In this document: positions 38,502 through 50,629 of the stretch, one piece after another
Numbering within the stretch: position 1 is the first letter of the stretch
Layout of the letters: every line of letters starts with the position of its first letter
From: Tubulanus polymorphus
Lineage: Eukaryota; Animalia; Nemertea
Direction: 5' to 3'
Length of the DNA stretch: 64,000 nucleotides
NCBI RefSeq assembly: GCF_964204645.1
Contig: NW_027437458.1
Location: 1 to 64,000 of the forward strand
Notes under the pieces: generated by a model
What the model saw: the letters and a program-made list of their open reading frames with translations, nothing else
What the model was told of the DNA's origin: nothing
The model's database searches: none
Program-made: the position numbers and the translations under genes

Positions 38502-39758
38502 TTTTTAGCCCACTTGGGACTTTAGTCCCAGCGGGCTATTGCGTTCACTTTTCGTCCGTCGTTCGTCCGTCCGTCCGTAGACGGAATCCAGTTATTTTGG
38601 GAAATTTTGAAGACGCTTCAAGGTAACGTCTTGATATTTGGGTTACACATGTATTTACCCTAGACACATCTTCAGCCCAAAAACTGGCCCTGTCAGAATC
38701 AAGATGGGCGACTGGCAGCCATTGTCAAAATCAGCACTTTTTACACATTTTTGAACTTTTTGAGGGAAATTTTGAAGACGCTTTGATCAATTACCTTGAT
38801 CTTTCGGATATATGTGAATCCCCCCAGGGCCCATGAACATAACAAAAATTGGGTCGGTCGGACTCAAGATGGCCGTCCTATGACCTTTTTAGTTCCCAAA
38901 AATGTTAATTTTGGTCCGAATTCTGAGTCCTGTAGCTTCCTACTGGTTTGCCATTACAAATTGTGATGGGTATTCTTTGGAAAGGGATGTTTTATACCGG
39001 AGACAGGTATTTTTCATCAGCCAATTATGACGCAATTGGCGGCCATCTTGGTGTCACCAGTACTCATTCGTAAGTGGGAAAAAGTTTTTCCACATTATAT
39101 TGATACCTACGCGTATTTTGCTACCACAATCAATTAGAAAGTTGTAGCTCATATTGTGTTCCATGATTGTGGTGAGTTTCAAGGTAATTGGATTTCGTAT
39201 ATGGCCACCAGGGGGCGTTGAATAATACAATATCTTAGCATTTCTTTATTATATTCGTACCTATGCATATTTTGTAACCACAATCAATTGGAAAGTTGTA
39301 GCTCATGACATCATCTATGATTGTTGCGAGTTTTAAGGACATAAGTTTTTCTATATGGTCACCAGGCATCGTTGAATAGTAGAATAACTTAGTATTTCCT
39401 TATTATATTGGTACCTAGGCATATTTTGTTACCATGATCAATTGCAAAGTTGTAGTTCATGACATGTTCTATGATTGTGGTGAGTTTCGAAGTCATTGGG
39501 TTTTGAATATGGTCACCAGAGGGCGTTGAATAGTAGAATGCCTTAGTGTTTCCATATTAAATTGGTAACGAGGCATATTTTGTTATCACAATCAATTACA
39601 AAATCGTAGCTGTTGACATGTTCTATGATTGTGGTGAGTTTCAAGGTCATTGGTTTTTGTAAATGGTCACTAGGGGGCATTAAATGTTGAAATTGTTAGA
39701 TTGTTGAGCATTTGAAACCTCTTCCCAAGTGGGCATGGTGTCCCTGGACCCCTAGTTT
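38502..39758 (+). mobile_element. Complete HINE family A copy
   Basis: tttttagcccacttggg subTIR plus inverted repeat, (gtcc)n microsatellite, ~155-bp repeats, 3' subTIR cccaagtgggc, hairpin and ctagttt. Inserted in a T run with no TSD. Confidence 0.9.
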
Positions 39759-42203
39759 CGACCTGAAATGAACATTGCAGTCTAGTGTTACAGGATCAGC
39801 AAATCCTCTGTCAAGGCCCATCCATTCTTGTACTTACTATTCCAAAATAGAGGTGATTTTTTCCTCATTCGCTCTTTTGAGCAATTGCAACATAAGAATC
39901 AGCTCTGAAGATGTAAATTCAATAATAAGAATTATTTTGGGACTTCACTTTAATCCTTCCAAGAACAATAACCCGGTACCGTTGAATCACAATCACGGTC
40001 TACTCGATCAAGGCTTCAGAACCATAGAATGTTATTTGGATTTTCTTAACTAATCATCTGTTTTGATCGTTTATTTACAGAGTACCTAGTTTGCAAAGGT
40101 TACCTTAGTTCCTGGTGTGTATCCTCTAACGATGGTATAGGGCTGCTTTTTTCAGCTGGGTCATCCGTCGATGTACTTGCCTTGTTGTGCTGGTGAGGAA
40201 GTAAGAACACTTAATTAAACATGAGAAAAATACAAAAAATCTTTAGAAATAAAGAAGTTTGACGTACATCAAGTCTACTCTCCATTACTTCGATTGCTGG
40301 GCATGTCTTTTGTTTTTTGCAGGTGAAGTTTTCTGTAATGATGGAAGAAATATGCATGGTAAGTGCTGGGTAACAATCATTAGGATACATCATAGCAATT
40401 TAACTTACCTTGGTGATGGTTTTTAATTTCTTATTTCGAGGTTCTTGTGACTTCTTCTCTTCTCGTAAACACTTTTCAACGTATGCTTCATCCGATGTTA
40501 TAACGAAATAATTTGCAGTCGGCCTACAGGGTTTGGGTTGACAGGGTTTACGTGCTTCAGCTTGAGGGTATTTTAGAATATCGCTTAGTTTACTTGATCT
40601 TGAAGAGGTGTTATCAAATGGAAAGTAGGCCTAGTCACTTTGCTACAAAATAAAGATTTCACGGTCAGGACGGATGGATTTATTTTATTAAATCTATTCA
40701 CTTGTCACTCACCAATGATTTTTCTTTTAACCGCTTCCATGTCATATATAACGCATCACTTTTTAAATCGAACCCCTCTTGATATCTTTTGTCATACTAG
40801 GCCAGTTGTTGTTTTGTGAGAGTGCTCTCAATCACAGAAAGTGCTCTATCAGCTGGACAGGCTTTAGTGATACTCACTCCGGTTGCAAGATCCTGTAAAA
40901 CGATTTTGAATATATTCAAGGCCTATGAAATATCTTTATCTTTTGATATGATATTATTTCTCATCTCAGTCTTACATCAGTCATATCAGTCTGGTTATCG
41001 TTAATTTGTCCTACTACCTGGTTAATTTCAGTTTCTCCCACTATACTGTTGCATGAATTCATCTGAAAATGAAAATATTTTATTGCAACCAAACGTGAGG
41101 ACGGTAACATTTCTACATTCATGATTTTACCTCCTTGTTGATGTTTTCAGGTTGATGGAATTCGGGCATTCGGGCAGTCTAAAAACAAAATATGTAAGTA
41201 GTAATTGAAGGTTTTGGTTAGTTGTTGATTATCTGTCCCTACCAGTATTATAATTACCTCCATGATCAATGATTTCAGTTCATCAACTGTTGCTGAATGA
41301 ACATACGCATCAGTGGGAATTGCCAGGGGATTATATGGGTATAATCCAGTGGCCCTGAAACCGCTGACGACATTTCCCGGTGTCACTCCAGCCTCCCATG
41401 CTTGACGGAAAAGTCCAAAAAAATTCCTTTCCCAACTATGACTCCAGGATTATCTGCCATGAGTGTTGAGCAAGTGGAGTTCCAGGCCTTTTTTAGTGGC
41501 CCAAAAATAGTTCTGCAAATATTTTAATGGATAGAATTATATGCCATAATAATAAAACAAAGACAATAATTATACGGATAATTCATAACAAATGGTTTGT
41601 CACCTATCTAAAGGCTGGAGCCAATTGCTTGTGTGCGACGGAAGTTCGACGATCACTATTCTATTTTCTCTGGCTTTCTCTATTAGCTCAACAAAATTGT
41701 GACTATTGTGACCATCAACGATAAGAAGTTGTGGCCGTTCACTCCCAATAGCTTTAAGGAATGTTTCCTCAAACCAAAGTAGACCAATAACCTGTAAGAA
41801 AAAGTTACCGGGTATATTGATTGAAGTTTTTGTGCAGTAATTACCTATTCTTGGCATCACTCATGATCTCGACATTTCTCTTTTCAGGGGTATACCGGTA
41901 CATGAAAATATACACCTACTTGTTTCGTCCAACCACTGTCACTTGCACTGATGTTCCAATTCTTCGGCGCCCTCTCAACATCAAAAGTGACAGCCAGCCG
42001 GGTTTTTCCTTTCACCACAAAATGTGGGTTCAGGATTTGCCCGACTGCTGACGCGCAGCCAATCACTGTAACGAGCTCCTTATTTCCGCTCGATCTAGCA
42101 GGTACTGTCTTTACTCCACGCCTGAAATTAATAATCTTCAATTTGCATGAAATATATCAAAACTGAATGGCCTTAACCTTCATTTCATTTGATATCATGC
42201 TGA

Positions 42204-43476
42204 TTTTTAGCCCACTTGGGACTTTAGTCCCAGCGGGCTATTGCGTTCACTTTTCGTGCGTCGTCCGTCCGTTCATCCGTCCGTAGACGGAATCCAGTTA
42301 TTTTGGGAAGTTTTGAAGACGCTTCATGGTAACGTCTTGATATTTGGGTTACACGTGTATCTACCCTAGACACATCTTCAGCCCAAAAACTGGCCCTGTC
42401 AGAATCAAGATGGCTGACTGGCAGCCATTGTTGTTCGCCAAAATCAGCACTTTTTACACATTTTTGAACTTTTTGAGGGAAATTTTAAAGACGCTTCGAT
42501 CAACTACCTTGATCTTTCGGATATATATGAATCCCCCCAGGGCCCATCAACGAAACAAAAATTGGGTCGGTCGGACTCAAGATGGCCATCCTATGACCTT
42601 TTTAGTGCCCAAAAATGTTAATTTTTGCCCCGAATTCTGAGCCCTGTAGCTTCCTACTGGTTTACCATTTCTCATTGCAATTTGTGATGGGTATTCTTTG
42701 GAAAGGGATGTTTTATACCTGAGACAGGTATTTTTCATCAGCCAATTATGACGCAATTGGCGGCCATCTTGGTGTCACCAGTACTCGTTCGTGAGTGGGA
42801 AAAAGTTTTTCCACATTATATTGATGCCTAAGCGTATTTTGCTACCACAATCAATTAGAAAGTTGTAGCTCATAACGTGTTCTATGATTGTGGTGAGTTT
42901 CAAGGTAATTGGATTTTGTATATGGCCACCAGGGGCGTTGAATAATACAATATCTTAGCATTTCTTTATTATATTCGTACCTATGCATTTTTTGTAACCA
43001 CAATCAATTGGAAAGTTGTAGCTCATGACATCATCTATGATTGTTGTTAGTTTGAAGGACATTAGTTTTTCTATATGGTCACCAGGGGGCGTTGAATAGT
43101 AGAATAACTTAGTGTTTCCTATTATATTGGTACCTAGGCATATTTTGTTACCATGATCAATTGCAAAGTTGTAGTTCATGACATGTTCTATGATTGTGGT
43201 GAGTTTCGAGGTCATTGGGTTTTGAATATGGTCACCAGGGGGCGTTGAATAGTAGAATAACTTAGTATTTCCATATTAAATTGGTAACGAGGCATATTTT
43301 GTTATCACAATCAATCGTAAATCGTAGCTGCTGACATGTTCTATGATTTTGGTGAGTTTCAAGGTCGTTGGTTTTTGTAAATGGTCACCAGGGGGCGTTG
43401 AATATTGAAATTGTTAGATTGTTGAGCATTTGAAACCATTTCCCAAGTGGGCATGGTGTCCCTGGACCCCTAGTTT
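42204..43476 (+). mobile_element. Complete HINE family A copy in intron 1 of the pogo transposase
   Basis: Same structure as, and high identity to, 38502-39758. Confidence 0.9.
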
Positions 43477-46400
43477 ACTATGACTTATGACTGAATTAAT
43501 ATTATTACCTTGCAACAACTTGCGGTGGAGAAAAATCCATTTGGAACCCGGACTCATCCATATTCCAAATATGGCGCGGCTGAAAATCATATCCGTCGAT
43601 GACACCGCGATATGAATGAAAAAACTTCATAACTCGAACAGGTTGCATGCCTGCCATTCTTACACTAGCAGTTGACTCCGGAGTCCTCAATGTTAAGTCT
43701 TGGTGGCGTTTCTGGAAACCTCTCCACCATTTCTCCGAAGGATTACCACCTAAAAATGGCTTTCCTTTTTTATCTGCAATTTTTCCAGCGTACCTTAACA
43801 ATGTTTGTTTATTGAACCCCATTCCCATCTGTGACCTTTTGCAGGCAAAGTCCACTAGCTCCCTCTCCTCTTCATGATTGAGTATCGTTTGTCCTCCTTT
43901 TTTTGCCCCCATTTCGATTCTTCCTTTGATTATATCTTGTAGTGTAGACCGAGGTACACCGAATTGTTTGGCAGCTGTCTTGATAGGCATACCACCATTT
44001 ATAGCATCGATAGCATTTGCTTTCTGATCGACAGAATACTGAAGATACCGTTTCATCTGAAATTTGTTTCATTTAATTAGATGAAATGAAAATTTATTCA
44101 AAACTTTTGTCATTTATAATTGTCATGTCATTTTAGTTGCAATAAACATTCCATTAGAAAAATAAAGTTTGATCTCAATAGATAAATACTTCCATTCCTT
44201 GCAAAAATTGTCACTTTATATAGCTTCAAATAATATTGATGGAGGCCTTTGAAATTAAAATGCACATTTCAATAAATAAAATTATATTGATGATTAACGA
44301 ATTTTTAAACATTTAAAAAAATATTTTCTCATAATTGGATCAATAAAGTACGAATTGAATTGAATTTATTCATCGTTTCATTAAAAAAAGTTTTCAACTT
44401 TGATGTTGTATGTCTTAAGTTGTATATCGTTAGTTTATGCTGTCTGCTTGATTTGAGGATAAAGGATTGGATATATAGTCATTTTAGATTGTATTGATGC
44501 GTGGTAAGTGATAAATTTATTGAATTTAGTATGCCACCAGTATGGAAGTAAGATAGGAACATCATTTACCCAGTCAGTGTACCTGAATTCGGCATGCCGA
44601 ATTCAGGTTCTAGTTGCCGTATATTTTTGAAACCGAGTGCCGAATTCGTGTGCAAGTAGTAAAACGTATATTTTTGGCAGCTAATCAATCATTTAAGCGT
44701 AGAGTCGATAATTAAAGCTATTTTTTATCACTTAAGATTGTACTATGTACCCTCAATTTATATTTACGATCGTAGATGACGCCAAAAATAATACAAAACT
44801 AGGTCAAATCATAGTAAAAACGGCGACGGGTCAGCAGCTAGCAGAAGCGATTTCTTCGTCGTCATAAAAGGCACGATTAACATAAACTCCTCCCCCTAAC
44901 CAATCAAATTTCTTTAACATTCAGGTGTCAGGAATATGGCTTTTGACCTCAACCATTGATATACGATTTGCCATATTAGGTATCTCGTCAATTGACGTGT
45001 TTATAACTGTGCCGAATTCGGGTACGATGCCGAATTTAGGTCACCCTTCCCTATGGTCACCAGGGGGCGCTGTATAGTAGAATAACTTTGTATTTCCATA
45101 TTAAATTGGTAACGAGGCATATTTTGTTATCACAATCAATTGAAAAATGGTACCTGCTGACAAATTTATGATTGTGGTGAGTTTCAAGGTCATTGGTTTT
45201 TGTAAATGGTCACCAGGGGCGCTGAATATTGAAATTGTTAGATAATTGAGAATCTGAAACCACTCCCCAAGTGGGCATGGTGCTCCTGGACCCCTAGTTT
45301 GATCCCCACTTCGCCTTAAAAATGAAAAAAACGCAAAAAAGCAAAAGGTTGGGTATAGAGCCATTCTTATTCTTTTCTTATTTTCTTGGTGACACTTTTT
45401 CAGCTGATGAATAGTATGTACAATCGGAGTAGAGCACCTGATGATCTACAGTTTTTGACTCACTATACTGATAACTCTACAGGTATGTAAGACCAATGTA
45501 ACTCTTGTTCTAAATGCTTGAAAGTACAAAGTGTCTTTCACTCAGAGGATGAAAACAATGTGTTAGTGAAGCATGCATAAAGGGGTTTGAAGTCAGGTTG
45601 CCAGAGATGAAGTTGAAGTAGGTCAGTCTCAGTCAAAATTCTTTTTCACAGTTTTTGGTTAACCTATGCTGTCACTTGTGTGAGTGCGTCCGCTTTTTTG
45701 TGGCACAAATTTTTATGCCAATAGTGGTGTCAATTTGAATGAGTGTAAATGGTTCATGACATGAATGCCAAGCCACATATCAAAGAACCGGGATAGTAAC
45801 CATCTATTTCTAAGAGATTTCTGCCAAAAATGATATTTTTGATGGCTGATTTTCCAATCTTCGGTTTTAAGGCATAAACATCTGATGACCTACATTTATG
45901 TTTCGAAGGAGGTTCGTCATTTACTTTTTTTTCAACCATTGAAATCTTATTGTGGTCATAGAAATTACAATATAGAATGGACGACCACAAATCGTCCAGG
46001 GACATTATATGTGGTATCGAAAATGAGAAGAAAAACAAAACGATATTGCGTAAATATTGCGGTTATATGGCATATTAGCTACGTAATTGTTGAAAGTACA
46101 TTCTACAGGTCTAATAGTTTTCAGAATCTGGCGGTGTTTTCACATCGCATAAGTCTTTAAAAAGTAGGTGGCAATAAAGAATAAACAAATATACTTAAAG
46201 GCCGAGGAACAGTATAAAAGCCCAATCAATGTCAAAGATGGCAGTACCCATGAAGCCATAGTGCAGTGGAGAGCTCCAACGGTTTGAAACTGGAATTCTC
46301 CTATTTTCTCTGTCAGTTATTCGATTTGGATCCTCCTTTTTGTCAGACATATGTATTAATGTGTAATATATTCATTTCTGCAGTCAAAAATGTGTTTTTG

Positions 46401-46719
46401 GCCCTCCTCTTCGAGAAATAAAGCTTTTTAGTTGGCATTTCCTTCAAAATTTGTTTCACAGGTCTATGTGTACACATACAAGCTATTTGGCAAAATATTA
46501 TTGACAAAGATGTAGAATGACTTCCTATGATTATGCAATGAGCTCTATTTGAACGTCAAAATATTATATTGCATTGAATATCATTAGAAGACATATTGTA
46601 ATAGCAATGGATGTATGATTATATCAGAAGCGGCAGGCATAAAATAGAAATGATAAGTACATCGGATTATTCGGTCAAAATGGCGGATGTATACACGATT
46701 TGGAAGTCTGATATAAAAG

Positions 46720-48414
46720 TAAGATACAACGGTGTCTAATAATAAACATGTTGATAAGGTAGTATCTGATGAAATCAAAAAAGGCAACCTCCCTAAATCC
46801 GCAGTATCTCTAATTAATAAAAAACCTAGAACTAGTGTATTTTATCTATTACCTAAAATCCATAAAATAGACAACCCCGGACGACCAATTGTATCAGCAT
46901 ATAATTGCCCCACTGAACATATTTCAGAATTTTTAGATGACATCTGCCAGCCCATCGTACGCACATTACCCTCATATATAAAAGACAGCACCGATTTTTT
47001 GAATCAAATCAAAGATCTACCTGTTTGCCATGAGAGCCTATTGTTCACTATGGATGTCGAATCATTGTACACCGTAATACCACATAACAATGCCCTTGTC
47101 GCCTTGAAATATTATATTGAGAAAAATACTAATATACCATACCCCCCAACCACCTTATTAAAACTTGCTGAACTAGTCCTAAAACTCAACTGCTTTGAAT
47201 TCAATGGCTCATTTTACTGCCAAACATCAGGTATTTGTATGGGTACCAAATTTGGTCCTTCCATAGTCTGCTTTTTCATGGGACACTTAGAAGAAAGATT
47301 CTTAAACAATTATGTAGGGAGCATCCCTAATATCTATCTACAAACGTTTTATTGACAATATTTTTGGCATAACAAACACGCCCATTAACGAACTAGAAAG
47401 ATTCATTGAAAGTTTTGATTCTTTTCACCCTGCCATCAAAGTCACCTCCGCTATAAGCAATCCATCCAACTTTCTAGACATTACGGTATCAATTGTGTCT
47501 TCACACATTATAACAACCGTACATGATAAGGATACGGATTCTCATTCATACCTAAACTATCAATCGAATCACACCCACACGATCAAGGACAATATTCCTT
47601 TCGGGCAATTTCTTAGGTTAAAACGAATATGCTCAAATCATCACGACTTTCTAGCTAAAGCCGAAGAAATGAAATCGTTTTTTGAACGACGCAATTATCC
47701 ACGACGAATAATCAATTCAGCATAAAAAAAATGCGAGAATATTCCACGAGAAGACGCCCTTAGACCCAAATTTAAAGATATTGACAAAGCCTGTATACCC
47801 CTTATTCTCACATATAATGAATATAATGTGAAGGTAGCTAAAGTCATCCGTGATAACTTCAACATACTAATGAATGATGAACATATAGGTCAACTATTTG
47901 ATGACAACATTATAACCACGTTCAAAAACGATCAGAATATAAGAAACAAATTAGTTCGCGCGAAACTAAACCGAGCTGACAATGAAGTACCTAGTACTTT
48001 TACCTGTCAAAGAACTAGATGTTTTACATGCCCTTATGTATGCAATTCAAGTCACATTTATGGTAACAATTTTGAATTTCAAATTCGTTGTTCATTCACA
48101 TGCACTAGTGATAATGTAATTTACTGCATTCTTTGCCTTCGATGTAACATGAAATACATCGGTGAAACATCCCATCGACTAGGTGATCATTTCAGAGAAC
48201 ATTTGCGCCTTATTCGGAAAAACATTCCCTCTAATCCCATTAGTAAACATTTCAACTCCAACGGTCATGATACAAATGATATAACAGTAATGGCTCTAAT
48301 AACAATTGATAACACACATGATCGAAGAATTTAAGTATCCCAGCTCATTGAAAACCTAGGAACCCTACAACCATATGGTTTAAATCAGGAAGACGATACA
48401 TATAAACGGTCATA
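46720..48414 (+). pseudogene. Penelope-like retroelement RT + GIY-YIG endonuclease, 5'-truncated and decayed
   Basis: FYLLPKIHK, PGRPIVS, TMDVESLYT, GICMGTK; Cys motif CQRTRCFTC; NVIYCILC...YIGET...FREH; C-terminal PYGLN. Confidence 0.93.
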
Positions 48415-49732
48415 AATGTATGTATTTATCTAAATGTGAAAATTGAATGTATTAAATTTGTTCTTACTAAGGACATGTGTTTCCATTGAAGTCTATGTAA
48501 CTGATAACTGTTGCTGTTTGTTGTTGTACCGAAAAAGGCGAAATGGCCGAAATATCTACAACTAAATGTAACCGCACTTGCCTAAAATAAAAACTATGCC
48601 ACCGTGCGGGCATGAGTCCAGAACAGCAAATAAAAAAACAGTAATTCGTAGATGATATATATATATATATGGAAGATAAGTAATTTATTAAGTCTATAAT
48701 TCAAAAAAAAAAATAACTAAGGTACTTAGAAAAAAAATGAAAATAAACAGGGCCCTTTTTATGAAACTTAGATCAGAAAAATAATAATAAAATCAATTTA
48801 AATTAGCTTAAATGTAAGTCAATGATCAATTAAAAATCTTTTTCCTCAAAAGTTTATAAATTTTAACTTAGCGTCGCTCCAAAAAGATCGCTCTGCCGCT
48901 CCCGAAATTGTTCGCTGTGGTTCCTGTTGCTATCAAAAATCTGTAGTAATTGTTGATCTGTGGTTCCAAAATTTTTAAACGTTTGCTCAATGCGTCGTAT
49001 CTGTCGAATTTATAATTTACACGTCACGCAAATATCACTGATGATGAAAGTCCACTGGTGGTACCCGGAGTTTGGTAGACGGAAAAAAAAACCAGTTTTA
49101 CTTAACGTTTTTTATCACCAAGCTGGTTAAACCTGTGGCCGTAAAACTTTAACTACCACTAATAACAAGTGTCCTTCCGAATCACTTTCCAATCACGAAC
49201 ACAACTCCGTAATGATTAAAATTCAATCCCGTTAGAAGTTCTCCAACAGTATAAAAAAAGTTTGTGACGATTATGACAACTGCCACAAAAGATTTCTTAT
49301 ATAAATTACGTATCAAGTTTTACTAGTTGTAAAAACTCAAAAATTGCAGGAGAACTCGAGTTGAGCTTCCTCCTTTCTCGAAATCTCAAAAGCGTCTCCC
49401 CTCTCTCCAAACTATCCACGCCCAACTTCCTGCAGGGGCTCCCTTAAAAATAATCTCTCAAAAATCCATTCAAGTCAAAAATTAGATAGTTTATCCCCTA
49501 AAATGGTGAAAAAGAACTTACCCAAAATAAAACTAATGTATTTAACTCCCGCCATATAATTGTGTAATTGGGGGATCAGGGTCCCGACTTATCGTGGAAG
49601 CAGTTGATTCAGAGGTCCTGGTTTTGATGAGAGGTCCTGGTCAACTATGGGGGTAAGTCTCAGAGGCCTAAGCCCACTCAACACCGGGCGGCGGCCAGTA
49701 AGATCTTTGAGGCTCAGGAGGGTCAAGAAGAG

Positions 49733-50629
49733 GTGGTCCTCGCCCCTCATGCAAGCTACCGCGAGGAATTGAAAGAGGCCTTGGATTCCACATTATGGGG
49801 TTCAAAGAGAACCTCTCAGGAGTGGACTTGGCCCCCCCTGGAGTCAGGGGCGAAGGATAATAGGTTCTTCACGGCGGTAGACCCGAAGATAAGAGGGTTC
49901 AGAACCGGGTTCTATTCAACCCCGGGGTTCTCCTTCGAACCGCACACGTCGTTGGACGTGGACGCCAGCTCGATAGGGCTCCCGTCCGTTTTACCACCAT
50001 CGCTCTCCATGCCTAAGCAGGCTCTTCAGGCTCTACAGAGTTTGTCAGAGAGCTTGTGTATGATAAATAGCTTCCAGGACGCTTTATTAGCCATGCATGG
50101 TGAATTGTCGGCGGTCAAGGAGGTTCTTGCTAGAGACAACCCTGACCCCAACGAGATAGCCGACAAGGTTGTGGTCTTGGATAGGTTGTTACAGTCTTTG
50201 GCAAAGTCCTTGTGCCATCAGGTACCCTTAGCGATAAGGGTGCAAGCTAATTTGGCTCTGGTGGCGCGTCAGTCGTTGCTAAAGGATGCCAAACTTCCGG
50301 ACCCAGTGAAGAAGGCCTTATACAGGGCTCCGCTCGGCGAATCGTCTCGCTTGTTTTCCGGTTGGTGTGGTCCGGCTGCAGTCCAGGCACAGAAGATCAG
50401 GGAAACTCAGAGTAAGCCCGGAGTTTGGCGTATTCAGAAGAAGTCGGGTGACCAGGGGACCTCCAGTGTTGATTTGTCCTCCAAGCTGCAACAGAAGTCT
50501 GTTTTGGGTTCAGCCCCTAGACAGCAGTTGGGCAAGCCCGAGGCCCGGAATAGGTCCTTCAAGGGGAAGGGAAAAGGCCCCAAGAATGGACAGGGGTTTC
50601 GGAAGTTTGCGAGGAAGGACAAGCTATGA
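49733..50629 (+). CDS. DIRS gag-like ORF (C-terminal part)
   Basis: Long ORF directly upstream of pol; ANLALVARQSLL...APLGESSRLF resembles DIRS ORF1; basic tail. Confidence 0.7.
   Translation: MVLAPHASYREELKEALDSTLWGSKRTSQEWTWPPLESGAKDNRFFTAVDPKIRGFRTGFYSTPGFSFEPHTSLDVDASSIGLPSVLPPSLSMPKQALQALQSLSESLCMINSFQDALLAMHGELSAVKEVLARDNPDPNEIADKVVVLDRLLQSLAKSLCHQVPLAIRVQANLALVARQSLLKDAKLPDPVKKALYRAPLGESSRLFSGWCGPAAVQAQKIRETQSKPGVWRIQKKSGDQGTSSVDLSSKLQQKSVLGSAPRQQLGKPEARNRSFKGKGKGPKNGQGFRKFARKDKL

Larger units (their letters stand above)
38290..44056 (-). pseudogene. Multi-exon pogo-superfamily transposase (HTH_psq, CENP-B HTH, DDE_1, C-terminal extension), disabled
   Basis: Motifs [32 protein letters not shown]-(35)-QPLD. 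GT-AG exons join in phase. Frameshift at ~41425, stops at ~40798, ~40632 and ~39866, and a HINE in the last exon. Confidence 0.88.
37343..45051 (-). mobile_element. pogo/Fot-like (DD35D) DNA transposon inserted in a HINE A copy (host fragments 37280-37342 and 45052-45300)
   Basis: TA|ggggagggtgacctgatttcggca ... tgccgaatttaggtcacccttccc|TA. Repeated subterminal acctgaattcggca motifs at both ends. Host repeat rejoins. Confidence 0.92.

Noticed and set aside
46195-46580. TTAA-AGG Kolobok-like left end; similar candidate at 34257
   Set aside because: No partner TIR found in the window.
48600-49560. Possible Transib/Chapaev remnant (caccgtg end; minus-strand FCGSCH)
   Set aside because: No matching opposite TIR and no sustained protein similarity.
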